NCBI RefSeq assembly: GCF_018977255.1
Contig: NW_024704742.1
Location: forward strand, 129,086,001-129,150,000
Length of the DNA stretch: 64,000 nt
Direction: 5' to 3'
From: Callorhinchus milii
Taxonomy: Eukaryota
The notes under the pieces: model-generated
Told to the model about the DNA's origin: nothing
The model's input: the letters and a program-made list of their open reading frames with translations, nothing else
The model's database searches: none
Made by a program: the position numbers and the translations under genes
Shown: piece by piece, positions 34,991 through 48,645 of the stretch
How positions within the stretch are numbered: position 1 is the first letter of the stretch
Layout: each line of letters opens with the position of its first letter

Positions 34991-35319
34991 AATAATCATG
35001 CTAATACAATTATAATAATATAATAATAATCCTTGCATTTGATATGGGACCTTTTTAGAACATCACAAAGTCTCAAACCCCTTCACAGGAATTTACTGTA
35101 ATGTGTCTTGACGGTGTATTTCTAGGTGAATTTCTACACTGGTGCATTCCATTGGTGATAAACCCAATAGTGTAAAGTACAAAGGTTCATTTATATGGGG
35201 GGTTCCCATTCCATCAGATGTCCCTTTATAGTTTCATTTAGGAGACTTAACCTATCAGTCTGGGCAAGATTTGAACATGATACCCATAGGACAGTGTGTC
35301 GATGGATTGCTACTCCTAT

Positions 35320-35800
35320 AATAACCAAGGGCAGCTTGTCTAATTGTTGCTCATAGCTTATTCTTTTAACACTAGGGATCATCCTCGCTGCTCTCCTCTG
35401 TATTGCTTCTGGGGCCTGGGTAGCCCCTTAGGTCGCAGTGACCAAAATTGTATGTAGTCCTCTAGCTGTGGCAAGATCGGAGAACTAAGTAGCTTGAGTA
35501 TGACATCTGAGGATCCAAACGCAGCTGACTTGTCAATATAGCTTAACCTGCTATTTGTCTTGTTTATTGCTTCCTCTCACTGTTTTGACATGGTGAGCAA
35601 TGATTCAACTAACACCCCAAGTTGTCTATCACCTTCCCCCTTGGTAAGTTCTAACCCATCCATGGCCCTTTCCATTGAATGCAAGTGCCTCCTATTTCCT
35701 ATTTTTGATTCCAATATGCAGTAGTGTTCATTTATCTGTGTTATTTGCCTGTCATCAGCCTGTGCTCATACCCCATCAAGCTTTCAGCTGTCTCTACTGA
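35320..35800 (-). mobile_element. Degraded CR1 RT C-terminal fragment
   Basis: Minus strand IQRRAARMIPSVKRISYEQQL; cttgggtgttagttgaatc-like LGV motif. Confidence 0.6.
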
Positions 35801-36364
35801 CTGGAGCAGTTTTGGAGATTAAGCCCACAGATAGCATTTGGTTTTAAAAGATTGCTGGTAGCGTCTTGCATTTATTCTTTCGCAAACCAGGCTTAGTTTT
35901 CTCAAAAATGGACAGATGAATAATTAAACTCTGGTACAGCCAATTGTTAGCTGTAGTTGTGTTCAACAAACTTATATCACCTAGAGATAGGATTATTCAA
36001 TTTCATTGTGAGTCTCATATAATTGTCTAATGATAATTACTGCATTTTGCATTCTGATCCCTTGCCGGCATGAATTTTTCTTCCCTCAGCAGCTAAGAAG
36101 ATTTAATCATCTATTAATTGTTCTACAAGATTTGCTTTGTTTAACAATTGGTCAAATCAGCACTCAATCACAGGGGACAGAGAACAAAACAGTTTCATCA
36201 GGAATGCATCTCCGAGGTTCTGGGTCTTTTAGAATTTATGTCAGAGCTGCCGTTATTATCTGTGCAGAACAGCAAGGTGATGGCAGGATTGATGCGGGGA
36301 TTAACAATTAACAGTGGTGTTAATGAACATTTTTTTCCCTATTTATCACTGAGTTTCTGGCCTA

Positions 36365-36652
36365 GCCCAATCTGCACACCGCAGTGTCCCATAAGCAACC
36401 ATGAAGTGAATGACTAATTTTATTTGGAGGAGAAACTGCCTTCTCTTTTTGAATCGTACCTTGGAGTCTGAACAAGCAAATGGGTCCTTGAATTAACATC
36501 TCATCCAAAGGATGGCACCTCTGACAATCCCCAACATCCCCAACATTGGAATGTCATCTTAGACTGTGAGTTTAAAGTCCCAACATAGGGCTTGAACCCA
36601 AAAGCTTCTGATTCAGAGGCGAGAGTGCTAGCCACTAAGTTAGGCTGACACT
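36365..36652 (-). mobile_element. Deu-type SINE (family B)
   Basis: ggatggcacctctgacaat; ttctgattcagaggcgagagtgcta...ggctgacac head. Confidence 0.75.
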
Positions 36653-36979
36653 TTAGGGGCTGAGCAGAAGTTTATCACGTTTCCACTGGGAAGGAGTGGA
36701 AACATAAAGTTGCCAAAAGTACAGCACAATGGAGGCCCAAGAACAGTCTACCCTATCTTACCCTCCATGAGTAATTTAAGACATGACAAGTTTAGCATAG
36801 CTTGGAAGAACTAGGGAACTTTGGATCTAAGGTTCCCAGAGCTTTCCACTGTGATGGTAGACATAGAGAATTAATTGCTGTCAACATCTCTATTGTTGTA
36901 GTATGGGACTAGCAGGATTGTAAAAGGCAGACTAGATGGTCTTTTTTCGTCTAGAAATTGCCATGTTCCTATGTTCCTA

Positions 36980-37878
36980 TGGCGTCCTGACCGACTGCCT
37001 GTCCGACATTAAGTCCTGGATGAGGGCTCAATGTCAGCAACACCGAGGCCCTCCTTATTAACTCGTGCCAGCGCCTCCGCACCTCGGGCACTGGCAGCAT
37101 CAGACTCCACATCTTTATGCTCAACCTCACTGAGCTAGTTAGGAACCTGGGTGTCTTGTTCGACCCTGCACTGTCCTTTCAACACCACATCCGCGTCATG
37201 ACTGGCACTGCCTACCACCACCTGCGCAACATTGCCAGACTCCGTCACTGCCTCACCCCTCAGGCTGCTAAAACCCTCACCCACGCATTTGTCAATCAAG
37301 GCTCGATTATGGAAACTCCCTCCTCATCGGCCTTCCCAACTCTTCCCTTCACAAGTTGCAGATCATCCAAAACTGTGCAGCTCGTGTACTCTCACGCACC
37401 AGGCTCTGCGACTCCTTCACTCCCACCCTCGCCCGACTCCAATGACTCCCCAGAGGATCGAGTTTAAGATTCTCATCCTCACTTTCAAGGCCATCTATGG
37501 CCTTGCCCCCTCCTACCTCTCTGACCTGCTGACTCCCTACCAACCTGCCCACTCCCTCCCTTCGGCGGGCTCTGGCCTGCTCCATGTCTCCCCCCAACCC
37601 GCCCTACCATCGGTGGCCGGGCTTTCAGCCTCTCTGCCCCCAAACTCTGGAACTCCATCCCACAGGCCCTTCGCCTCACTTCCTCCCTTGCCTCCTTCAA
37701 GGCCGGTCTCAAGACCCTTTTGTTTGATTGTGCCTTCAGTCGCCCTCCCACCTCTCTGCCTTCCCTCACCCCTATACCACCCCTCCCTCATGATCGGGCC
37801 CCAAGACCTGACCGTTTAGCTCTTTGGGACGTCCTCCTGACGTGAAAGGCGCTCTATAAATATAATTTTGTTGTTGTT
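36980..37878 (+). mobile_element. Intermediate-age L2 3' fragment with tail
   Basis: [17 protein letters not shown]...[16 protein letters not shown]; frameshifts; gggacgtcctcctgacgtgaaaggcgct hairpin; (ttg)n. Confidence 0.92.
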
Positions 37879-38379
37879 CCCATCAGTGGATCAAAAACAG
37901 CAAAGGATTTGTGTGTCCAAGCGAAAAAGTTGTGTAACCATCCAAGGATAAAATATCACAGCACGAGCATAATTAGAATGCTGCAGACTTGCTCAGCGAG
38001 ATATCAGTCCTTTGAATTTCCTGATCTACGTGCGTCAGCAGATAAGTCACAACAATACAGTTTTACACCTCCTCATGAATGCTGATGTGAAAATAATTTT
38101 AGCTTTTCTCAGGAAGTAGTTATAAATTACTGCATGAATTCAGTACCCACCCAGGCAAAAATCATTTCACGTTTAATATGTAATCCAATCAACAACAATA
38201 ACAACTTGCATTTATATAGCACCCTTCAAGCATGTAGCATCCCAGAGCGCTTCACAGTGGCAGATTCTGACAATGACTCAGGGGGTGAGGGAGTGGAGAG
38301 TGGAGTACCATAAGCACGATAATACTTTTATTTTAGCATTACAATTCAATTTCTCTGTGGTCATTTTTGGGAGATGGCA

Positions 38380-38705
38380 TATTTCACCTCCTTACCTCTT
38401 CAACTTCCACACACTGCACTCTTCTTCCACCTCCTTCGCTCAGCTGGCTAGCACCATCTGCACATCCCTCAAACGCTCCACTCCACCATTTGGCAGCCGT
38501 GCTTTCAGCCACTATACCCCAAACCTCTGGAACTCTCTGCTTCAATCCCGCCACCTTGCCCCCTCTTTGCCCAACTTCAAATCGCACCTGAAGACTATCC
38601 TCTTTAACCATACCTATGGTCCCCTCCCTTTTCTCCCTGGCTCAGAGTTAACCACATCATTGTTAAACGAGAAAGTGATATATAAATGCAAGTTGTTGTT
38701 GTTGA
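38380..38705 (+). mobile_element. Old L2 3' fragment
   Basis: GSRAFSHYTPNLWNSL...FKSHLKTILF; tataaatgcaagttgttgtt tail. Confidence 0.75.
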
Positions 38706-39529
38706 AGCAGTTAAAGCATCCTTTGCCTGCTGTTACAACAGATTCACTGTGACCAGTGATTTGTCTTAAACTAAACTTTTGACACTCCAAGTTTTCTGGG
38801 GTATTTCCTTAGAAGCACGCATCCGCACACATGGAATAAATTTAAGAACATAACAATTTGCTAGGCAAAAGAAGATTAATTCCAATTTGTTCTTGAAAGA
38901 ATCAATACTTTCTGCTTCCACCTCCTCCCCTCGGGAGTCTGTTCCATACGTTTACTACTCGCTCACTGAAGTAGAGGTTAAGAGTGACCTTAAAGAAATA
39001 TCAGTGATCATGTATGCCTCACATGAAGCAAACCCACTTTTACTTGCAGATGTCTAGATTCCACATTTCATGAGTCTTTGATTTTATACCTTTAGAGCAG
39101 TTGAAACCTGGACTTTTTCAGTGAAAGGAATGCTGCCCCCATCACTGCATTCACACCATGTGGTTTTCATTACGTACATCCATGCACAATATCAGACTTT
39201 GTAGCAGGAATTTGTCCCTCAATTTAGCTGCCTGCCTTTGCAAAGCGCAATGATGATTTGAAGTGATGGATAACCCATTTTATGCAATTTATGAAGTGAA
39301 AACACTGAGTAATTAAGTGAAATTAGCAATCTTTTCTGGACCATAATTATATCTTCAGCCGGGGGAGCAGCTTGGAAAGCTTTCCCTCAGGAATGGTTCC
39401 TTTTTTTCCAGACACTTTTAACTAAATCAGCACTGAAGATCCAGTTATTTGAAGCCGTTAGCTGTGACAATTACTTCCTATTGAATGATAAACTTAAATC
39501 AGCAAAACACGTCAGGAGGACAGTTCTAT

Positions 39530-39775
39530 ATGGGGGGATTGTTGAGCAGGACACGGGGAGAGACTCCCTTTTCTTTTCAAAAGGCACCATGGCATCTTTA
39601 ACATCTACCAGAACAGGAAGACAGAGTCTCAATTTAATGTCAATTCCGAAGGATGGCACCTCCAGAAATGCAGCAGCCTCCCGGCACTGCACCGGAGTGA
39701 AATCCTGACCTGGAGCTTGAACCTACAACCTTCTGACTCAGAGATGAGAATGCTCCCAACTGAGCCAGACTGGCA
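39530..39775 (-). mobile_element. Deu-type SINE (family B)
   Basis: caggacacggggagagactccc...ccgaaggatggcacctcc...ttctgactcagag. Confidence 0.75.
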
Positions 39776-40049
39776 TACAATGCACAAAGTCATAAGAGCT
39801 CACAAGAGAGGTTTGGATTAAGAAAGGCCTCATTCTCATTCTTCCAGAACACCCTCTCTACCGTCTTCCCAAGCATCGAGCTGTTTGTGAAGTGATTGTG
39901 CTTTCTGGTAACCTGTGAAAACCCTAACAGTGGATATTTCACCCTGAAATATTTAGTGTATCAGCTCAATTTAAGTTTTGAAATGCAAATTGTATCAACA
40001 CAGTTGTGGAGTATGCACAGTTTGGAATTAAGTAAGTAATAGAAGATAA

Positions 40050-40226
40050 TAATAGTAATAATAATAATAATAATAATCGTTGCATTTGATATAGCACCTT
40101 ATCACATCTTCGAGACATCTCAAAGAGTTTCACATAATATGCTGTAAAATTAATTGACTGTATATTTTGTAGGCCAAACACCGCAGCCAATTGTGCGCAG
40201 CAGTGTCCCACATACAGTCGTGGATT
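40050..40226 (-). mobile_element. SINE 3' module with long (AAT)n
   Basis: Standard tail and cagccaattgtgcgcagcagtgtccca. Confidence 0.8.
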
Positions 40227-40404
40227 ATTAAAGCATTTGGGAGGAACCAGATATGATCACTGAGAAGAGTATCAGAGAAAGCATTCCACACCCTGCACAC
40301 CATAAATAAATGTTCCATAAATAGCGATGAAGGGAATGTCTTTTTTTTGTTTTGCAAATTATTTGCCAGGATAACGGGAAAAAATCCTTTTCAACTGTGT
40401 CTAC

Positions 40405-41020
40405 AAAAACAACAACAAAATTACATTTGTAAAGCGCCATTCATGTCAGAAGGACGTCCCAAGTCGCTGGACAGTCACTGTTTCAGACTCGAGCTGGGGG
40501 ATCAGGATCAGGGATGGTGGAGGGCAGGGGGGGAAGGGGAGGGTCTTGAGACAGGTCTTGAAGCAAGCAAGGGAGGGGGTGAGGCGCAGATGGGATGGAG
40601 TTCCAGAGGGTGGACGCAGAGTGGCTGAAGTCCTGCCCGCCAATGGTGGGGCGGGCAAGGCGGGGAACGTGAAGCAGGCCAGAGCCCGCTGAGTGGAGGG
40701 AGTGGGCAGGTTGGTAGGGTGTTAGAAGGTCACAGATGTAGGGAGGAGCAAGATCTTGGAGGTCTTTGAAGGTGAGGACCAGGATCTTGAACTGTATCCT
40801 TTGAGTGATGGGGAGGCAGTGGAGCCAGGCGAGGATGGGGGTGATAGGGCATGGAGCCTGGTGCAGAAGGGGACACTGGCTGAAGAGTTCTCAATGATCT
40901 GCAGCCTGTGGAGGGAGGAGTTGGGAAGGCCGACAAGCTGGGAGTTTGGGTAGTCGAATCTGGATGTGATGACTGCATGGATGAGGGTCTCGGCGGCCTG
41001 TGGTGAGAGACGTGGCGATA
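40405..41020 (-). mobile_element. Older L2 3' fragment
   Basis: RLSPQAAETLIHAVITSRFDYPNSQLVGLPNSSLHRLQII; hairpin and (caa)n. Confidence 0.88.
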
Positions 41021-41699
41021 AACAGAAGTTAGAAACATTATAAAATTTGTAATTTCTTTGCAAAATACATCTGCCTTGAATTGGTTATTCACCCAAATCA
41101 AAAAAAAAACAGTTTCTGCTCTCCAGAGTTACCTGGCACAGTACTATAGGTGTTCTTCCCTCCTGTTTTATGTATTCCATATCCCTTGAGCTGAGCATGG
41201 CCTTTTAATGTACTTTGGGACACCCTCCCTTAATGAAAGGCACTATATAAATAAATAATTATATTGCATTGTTTGTTCTCATCTTCTGCGTCTTTGGTTA
41301 TTGTTGTGCGATTATACTTGCACAATGTGGAGTGTTTCGAGCAGAAAAGGGTTCTCCATCCTTATTATAATTCTGCCCAAGTTGAAAGGTTGATTTTAAT
41401 CATAGTTCTTTTTGTATATGTATCCAATTGAGCAGAGCTGTTGTGGTCAGAATTGGTCGGCAATTGAACTGTTGAGATATAAAGCAGCCCTCAGCTCTGC
41501 TTTGCTTCAGTGCTGAGCCAAATAAGATATTTTCACCATATGTTGCTCCAGAAATATCTAACAAGAAACTGACATGTTGTGTATATATTTTAAAACCTAC
41601 AGCAACTAGAATTAGGATCATTGTCTCCCATCAACCTGTAAATGATTACATATGATTGTTGATTCCAAGACCATTATGGTGACATTGAGACATATTTAG

Positions 41700-42015
41700 G
41701 TGTCAGGCTGGCTCAGTTTAGATGAAACGTTAAGCCGGGTGGACATTAAAGATCCCAATCCACTGCTTGAAAAGTAAAAGGAGTTTCTCCCAGTATTTTA
41801 ACTAACAATCCATCAGATTCTAAGAAAAGATAATTCAGTTACGACTGCTTGTAGGACATTGTGTGCACAAATTGGCTGCCTCATTCACTATAAAATACAT
41901 GCAAGGATTGTTGGCCAGGACACCAGGAGAAATTTCCTTCTTTTTTGAATAGTATCACCCAGACAGATTGAAAGGACCTCAGTTTGGCATCTCATCTGAA
42001 AGATGGCACTTCAAT
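41700..42015. mobile_element. Two family B SINE fragments in opposite orientation
   Basis: + strand gtgtcaggctggctcag...ggacattaaagatccc; - strand ggccaggacaccaggagaaatttcc...catctgaaagatggcac. Confidence 0.65.
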
Positions 42016-42032
42016 TCAATGTCACGATAGTT

Positions 42033-42215
42033 TGTTTTGGTCAGCCAGGTGTCTGACTCATGTAGAAAGCCATCACCATGCTTAAGAGTATCCAAACCAA
42101 ACTAAGAGTTTCATGCATCCTGTCTATACATGAAAATTCTAGAGATATTTATTGGAATGGAATATGTACTATCTCCCTGGAGGGACACATCCTGCTTACC
42201 CAAACCTGGAAAGCA
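42033..42215 (-). repeat. Family C repeat, terminal part
   Basis: ttttggtcagccaggtgtctgac...cttaagagtatccaaaccaaac...ccctggagggacacatcctgcttacc. Confidence 0.8.
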
Positions 42216-43134
42216 TGAGTCACAAGAGTCAGGTTTATAGTAAAATCTTGTGAAGCGCTTTGAGACGTCCTCCAAACATAAAAGGCGCTAAATCAAATGT
42301 AAGGATTATTATTATTACTGATCTCTGACAGTCTTGATGAACAGCACTACAGCAGATCTCATTAGATATTAGTCACAGGCTGAAGAACAGCTTCTGCAAC
42401 AGCTGCTCATGTGCTCCAAAGCTTGAGCCCACATCTTCTGTAGCTTTTCAGAATGGATTCACACACACAGTACACTGAATAAATAAATTGAGCTAAAGTA
42501 AAGTGCAACTTTTATCTTAGCTTTGGATGAATACTAAATATATTTAATATATTTAAAAAATGCTGATTTGAAAAGTATAAGCCAATAGTGGAGGGGAAAG
42601 TAATAAGTATTGCATGTCAAACAAAGCAAAGACAGTTACAGGATATAATAATAATAATTTGATATAACCAGTATTGCATTGTTGAGAAGTCTCAAAGCGC
42701 TTCACAGAATATACTGTAAAGTGTAAATATTGTGTATGTTGTGGGTGAAAGGTAATGATCAAGATGAATATAAAACTGCAAAAGATTGCTTAACGCAGTG
42801 AAACCAAAGATGGATGCATTAGAATAATATTAGACCGATTTACTGTTCAAGGTCATTCAAATGAGGATCTACATATACTGTATATTGAATGAGGGAATCT
42901 GTAACATTTACTGAAGCATTATCAGTAACTCATTCATTTCATAAATTTCTCTGGATATAGAATAAATTAAGTGAGAAAACTGGGGGAATAAAAGCAATGA
43001 ATATGGTTTATGTAACAGATAATAACTCTTAAGAGTTGCTCAAAGGAAACTAATGGAAATTTTATCAAGTGAATCTATCACCCACACAAACCGTCACATT
43101 GAGATGACTTCCATCTTAGATGGTATCAACTTGA

Positions 43135-43525
43135 CTCTGTTGGTCACACTCTTGCTGACACACCAATGCAGCAGTGGAGTTGGTTCCATCCATCAAATGA
43201 AACATTAAATTGAGGTCACATCTACTTGTTCAGGTGAATGTTAAAGATCCCGTGACGTTATTCGAAAAGAGAAATGAGTTTCTCCCAGTGTCCTGTCCAA
43301 CAATAAAATTGATCATTTACTTCATGGCTATTTGTGAGACATTGCTGTGTGCAAATTAGCTGCCATGTTTGCCTGTAAAATAGACAGTCATTCCTCTTTG
43401 CAGTAAAATTATATGAAACATCTCAAGGTATAAATAAGTATTCCATGTCAAACAAAGCAAAGACATTATTTGAGATGTTTCAATCATATAATAAGGCACG
43501 ATTTCAAATACAAGGATTATTATCA
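43135..43525 (+). mobile_element. Deu-type SINE (family B)
   Basis: caggtgaatgttaaagatccc...tttctcccagtgtcctg...ttgctgtgtgcaaattagctgcc...aggattatt. Confidence 0.75.
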
Positions 43526-45040
43526 TGCTGATATCAGTCAACACTTTTTCATTATAAACAAACAATGATGTTGTTAATTGTTCTAAGAGTATCTTATTGT
43601 TACAGTATATTGAAAAGGAAAGGTGTAACTTTGATCATCCTGAAACAATGGATCTAGTTGAATGGTTCATGTAAAGTAGATCTGAAGAGAAATCTAAAAC
43701 ACTGAGCAGGGACTGGCAACATCAATAACAGCTCTGAAATCATTGGGCCCACACACTTTGCTGAAGTCTGGGGGTGTTCAAAAGAACTGCAAATAATAAT
43801 AATAATCTTTGCATTTGATATAGTGCCTTATCACATCTTCGAGGCATCTCAAAACACTTCACAGAATATACTGTAAAGTGAATTGACTGTATATTTTGTG
43901 GGCGAAATGTGGCAGCCAATTGTGCACAGATAAATAGCTTCCAATTTAAGACCTGCTTTAAGAATTTGCCAATATTCTGTACAATGCTAAATTTTGTTTT
44001 AAGGTCAAGATAATGAGAAATTGCAGGCCTCTGAAATATCCTTAAAGTTCTGATGGACATGAATATTGCATAGAGCAGGTAATTTGACTTGAACGGCACA
44101 AGCCTCATGTGACTGAAGATTAGAAAGCTATTTTTACCTAGTAGTGGAAGAACTATGGAAAAATATATTCACTGAATGCTATGTCGAGAGGCTCCTTTAA
44201 AATGAAGTTGGATGAATCTCTGACTGAGAAAAGGATTGAATGTTTTAAGGAGACAATAAGATATTCAATGGAACATGCTGAACATGCTGATCATTTATCT
44301 TCCTGTTAGGATCACGGGACCATCATCTATGGAATTCTATTGATGAGGGATGAATGGAATACACTGGAATGCTAGAACCTGATCCATTAAAGGCCACTTT
44401 GTACCAGTGGAAAGAATTGTTCCAATGGAAATTACTGTGTTGTGTTTTCTCATTTCACAGTGTTGTGTCATTCTGTATCTGACAGAGTTATCAAAGTATA
44501 TTTCCCACATTGTTTAGATAAGAAGGTTAGCACTGACTTACTACAGCACCTATAATAGGAAATCCTAGATAATAGCAAATAATAATACCCACACACAACT
44601 GAAAATATTTATAGAGAAATTGTATCCACTGAGATATTTCTAAATATTTTGTATTAAGTGTCATTACAAAAATTGAAAAGCTATTTATTTCCTCTTAGAG
44701 TAGAATGGAGATAATTGGTTTCCTACACTACATTTAACATTTCCTGATTACTGAGTATACAAGTACACCAGTGACAATAAAGAACATTCTTTGTTACATA
44801 TTATTAACATTTGATATAGAGTCAGTAGGATGCCTCAAAGAGCTTCACAGGATTTACTGTAAAGTAGCGGCTGTGTATTTTGTAGGTGAATGTAGCAGCT
44901 TGCAGTGGAAACTAGCTCTACTATTATGAGATGCTTAAGATTGCTAAATATTTGTTTTAATTTGGAGCGTCTTGCTGAGCCAAATTAAATGGACACTGAG
45001 GTCCAAATGACAGCAGTAGATTCAGAAGGCTGTACCAAAG

Positions 45041-45363
45041 GTTGGAGTCTTATAGCTTAGTAGTTAGAGCACTCATCTCGCAAGGCAGTGTACGTGGGTC
45101 AGATTCCCAGGCAGGGCGAAACATTAGGCAAGTTTCCTTACTCTGCACGCCTCTGTTTACCTAGCAGTAAGTAGGAACCTGGTTGTTAGTCGATTGGGGA
45201 ATCGTTTTTCCGGGATTAATAATCCCTTCAAAATAAATAAATAATAATAAAAATTTGGTCACTCAATTCATGACTGTCAATTCACTTTACAGTATATTCT
45301 GTGAAGGGCTTTGAGATGTCTCGCAGTCGTGATAAGGCGCTATATCAAATGCAAGGATTATTT
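45041..45363 (+). mobile_element. SINE family A long, with internal deletion in the Deu-like part
   Basis: Head ggagtcttatagcttagtagttagagcac; cgcctctgtttacctagcagtaagtaggaacc; catgactgt joined to caattcac. Confidence 0.88.
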
Positions 45364-45391
45364 ATGATCATTATCTGAGGATTTTGTTTCC

Positions 45392-45670
45392 TACGGTCTG
45401 TCACGTCATATGTCTGACACATGCGGAAACCCATCACCATGCTTGAGAGTATCCAAACCAGACAGAGAGGTCCACATATGCATGTGTAAATTTCCCTATA
45501 TCTGGAATGGATTGGGTACTCTCTCCCTAGTGGGACACACCCTGATTATGTCATTCTGGAGAGTATTAGGCACAGGATGACGAGAGCCAATGCTTGGAGA
45601 CCCCAGTTTGTGTGCTGGGGGAACTGATGGAGTTTAACTAGTTAAAATGTTTAGCTTGCCAGTTTTAACT
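45392..45670 (-). repeat. Family C repeat
   Basis: tgtctgacacatgcggaaacccatcaccatgcttgagagtatccaaacc...ggagtttaactagttaaaatg. Confidence 0.75.
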
Positions 45671-46224
45671 TGCCTGATGGAAACACTGGAAATATATAGC
45701 AGAACAAATTATTCACTGGGGAGGAGGCCAGAACTGAGCAGTGAAATGTTTGGAAGGATGAATATTCCAGAATTTTTGATTGATTGTCTTTGGGGATCGG
45801 ATAGAATCTATTGAAGAACTTTCCTCAGGAGATAGGTTTCTCATGGTCTGTGAAAAGAACGAGCTTGAATGTCTTTTTCCAATCTATTCTTTCTTGTGTT
45901 CTTAAAAATATCCCCTGACAACACTAAATCTGGAATATTCCTTATTCCATCCGTGAGTGAGATTGATAATTCATTTCATATTATTCTAGACGATGACTTG
46001 TACTGTAGGCTGACATCCAATAATGACTAGGTTGATACTACAGTACTAAATCTCATTGCAGTTGTATCTTACCAGACTCAACAGTGAAGGCAAGAGGATT
46101 TGAACCTAGTTCTCAGAGGTTAAGGGGTAGTTATTATAAGCAAGGTTCATCAAGTATTGTAACATAAGCATCTTTGAAGCATATACTATGGCTCTGCATT
46201 ACTAGCTAGTTCCTCCAGGAGAGT

Positions 46225-47370
46225 GGGCGAAACTGGAGATGTTCAGCTGTTCTCCTTCTGCCCATTTTGCGGTGACTCCCCCACTTTCCCCTTTCATCAG
46301 CGTGTTTCTCCAAATGAACGCCACCTACTCTCTCACCACTGCTGTGAACTCTTAGCCCTTTCACCCTCCACCCACCACGACCTTACCTCCACTGTCAATC
46401 TTGCTCAAAACTCCCAACCTGCCTTCCTCAACACTTTCAATCCCATCATATCCCAGTTTGCTTCTCATCCCACTAAACCCCTCTGATATGACAACCGCTT
46501 CTGTTGCAGCACTATGCTGCCATATGCATCTGGATCAATTCCAACTCCATGGCCCATCCACAGATCTGGCTGTACCACACCAGAGTTTACCATTGTCCAC
46601 TTGCCTCTGCCAAATCTGCTTTCTAATGAAAAATTGGTCTATTTCACACCTTCATCACTTCCAGGCTTGATTATTCAAATGCTCTGATTCCCCAACTCTC
46701 TACGCATGATGTAAACTATCCAGAACTCTTGTTCTCTCCAGCACCAGGTTCCACAAGCCCAACAACCCATCCTCGCTCGGCTCCACATCCTCCACCAAAT
46801 CAAATTCAAGATCCTCATACTTATTCCTTCATAGCCTCGCCACTCACTACCTTTGACTTCCTGCAATGCTACCACCCCAGTCTCTCCCTCCATTTAGTGA
46901 ACACTGACCTGTTTCATACCCACCCACCCCCTCACCCCGCACCTGATCTGCTTCTGCTTCCCTGTTGAGTGGGTGGGCTTTCAACCACAAAATGTATACA
47001 GTCAATTCACTTTACAGTATATTCTGTGAAGCGCGTTGTGTGGTCTTGAAGACGTGATAAGGCACTATATCAACTGCAAGAAATGCAATATTATTATATT
47101 TGCAATAAAATGCAATATTATTATAATTATAATGATTTTGCCTCCACTCTTTGGAACTCCATCCTAGAGTTCCTCCGCCTCAACCCTCCCTCCCCATCTT
47201 TAAAGCTTTGCTTAAGACGGATAATTTTGACTGAGCTTCCAGTCACCTTTCCCCCCAACTTTCTCAGCTTCCCTATCCCCCCGTTCAGGCTCCTAATCAG
47301 CTGTGTGAAGCCCTTAGAGAAATCCTCCCGATGTGAAAGATACCATATAAATAAAAAGTGCTAGTGTTGA
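46225..47370 (+). mobile_element. Cluster of heavily degraded L2 fragments with an inserted SINE tail (~46985-47130)
   Basis: atccagaactct...ctcggctccac...ttcaagatcctcat; ctttggaactccatcc...cccgatgtgaaag tail. Confidence 0.6.
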
Positions 47371-47863
47371 TGTACATCAAGCTGACAACAGACCTTGATT
47401 TATGAGGGCAAAAACTATTTTCTGTTGAGTTTCATAAAACTGGCACATTAATTTCATTACAGTACAATAAACATTTCATTTAGCATTTATAAATAACCTG
47501 GCATCGGAACCTGTTAACTTTATTAATCAGAATGTGTCACTGAGTTTCACTTTCAAAAGTGCACTGATGTTTTTGTTGGAAGTAACAAGAGTTTAAGGCT
47601 TATTATCTGAAATTATTAACTGAGCATGTCCCTGGACTTTGTATCCCTTAAATGTTTATTTGTCTTTCTTTGTTGATTTGTAGATGGTTCATTTTTGTTT
47701 TTTTAACATTAGCATCAACCACATTCTCACTGAATTCCCACTACCCTTACTCTCTGCCTGAAGAAGTTCCTCCTAATTTCTATTTTAGATCCCCTAATCA
47801 TTATGGAATGCTTGTTTTGTGCTGTGGTTTTCGTTATTTTTGTCCAGTCCTCTGTTTATTCAT

Positions 47864-48208
47864 GTAGAGTCCTGTAATGGTAAGAGCACTTGATTTGCAA
47901 GCGAGAGAACCTGGGTTTGAATCTCATGCAGGGCAAAAGTTGGGCAAGTTTCCTTACTCCACAGCCCTCTGTTTACCTAGTCGATTGGTGGATTGTTTTT
48001 CTGGGGATAATAATCTCTCAAAAAAGCAAAAAACATTTGGTCACTGAATCCACAACTGCTTGTAGGACACTGTTGTGCACAATTGACTGCCGCATTTCAC
48101 CCATAAATATACAGTCAGTTCACTCCACAGTATATTCTGTGAAGCGTTTTGAGACGTCTAGAAGATGATAAGGCGCTATATCAAATGCAAGGATTATTAT
48201 TATTATTA
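47864..48208 (+). mobile_element. SINE family A long, small deletions
   Basis: gagtcctgta...tttgcaagcgagagaacctgggtttgaatc...ttgggcaagtttccttactccac...(ATT)n. Confidence 0.88.
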
Positions 48209-48430
48209 GTCAATTTCACCACGTGAAATCTTACACTATTTTTATGATATTTTGAAGTTATACTTTAAAACCTGCCAGTGTAAAATATCTAGAGATAGTT
48301 GGAGTGCTTTAACACAATGTTTAACGGTGATTGTTGCGCGTTGGTAAATTGTGCAAACATGCTAAGATTACGTGAGGTAGTGAAAACTATGTAGGCGGAT
48401 TCCCAAACAACCTAAACTGCTTAGTTAAGC

Positions 48431-48645
48431 CTAGTAACAATGACAGGGGAAATGGTTTCTCCAGCAACCATGGTGGGAGGGGGGTGGGGTGCTGGTTCCC
48501 CTACCAACCATGGGAGGGCTGGTTCCAATTGCAACCATGACAGTGGGAGGGGGGAGTGAGGATAGTTCCCCTAGCAACCATGATTGGGGGTTGGTTCCTC
48601 CAGCAATTCTCACAGGAGTGGTTTCTTAGAAACCATGATGGGAAC
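48431..48645 (+). repeat. G-rich minisatellite, ~7 units with core GGTTCCCCTAGCAACCATG
   Basis: Core variants near 48431, 48453, 48493, 48520, 48563, 48592, 48619 with variable G-rich spacers. Confidence 0.8.

Noticed and set aside
35241..35286. Possible LF-SINE-like head fragment (minus strand gttcaaatcttgcccagactgatagg)
   Set aside because: Too short and based only on a recalled consensus; needs an HMM search.
36030..36417. Two overlapping ~90-aa ORFs after a ttttcttccctcag acceptor
   Set aside because: No strong donor and no recognisable homology.
48431..48645. Repeat-spacer pattern superficially like a CRISPR array
   Set aside because: Vertebrate context, degenerate short repeats, low-complexity spacers of uneven length and no cas genes.
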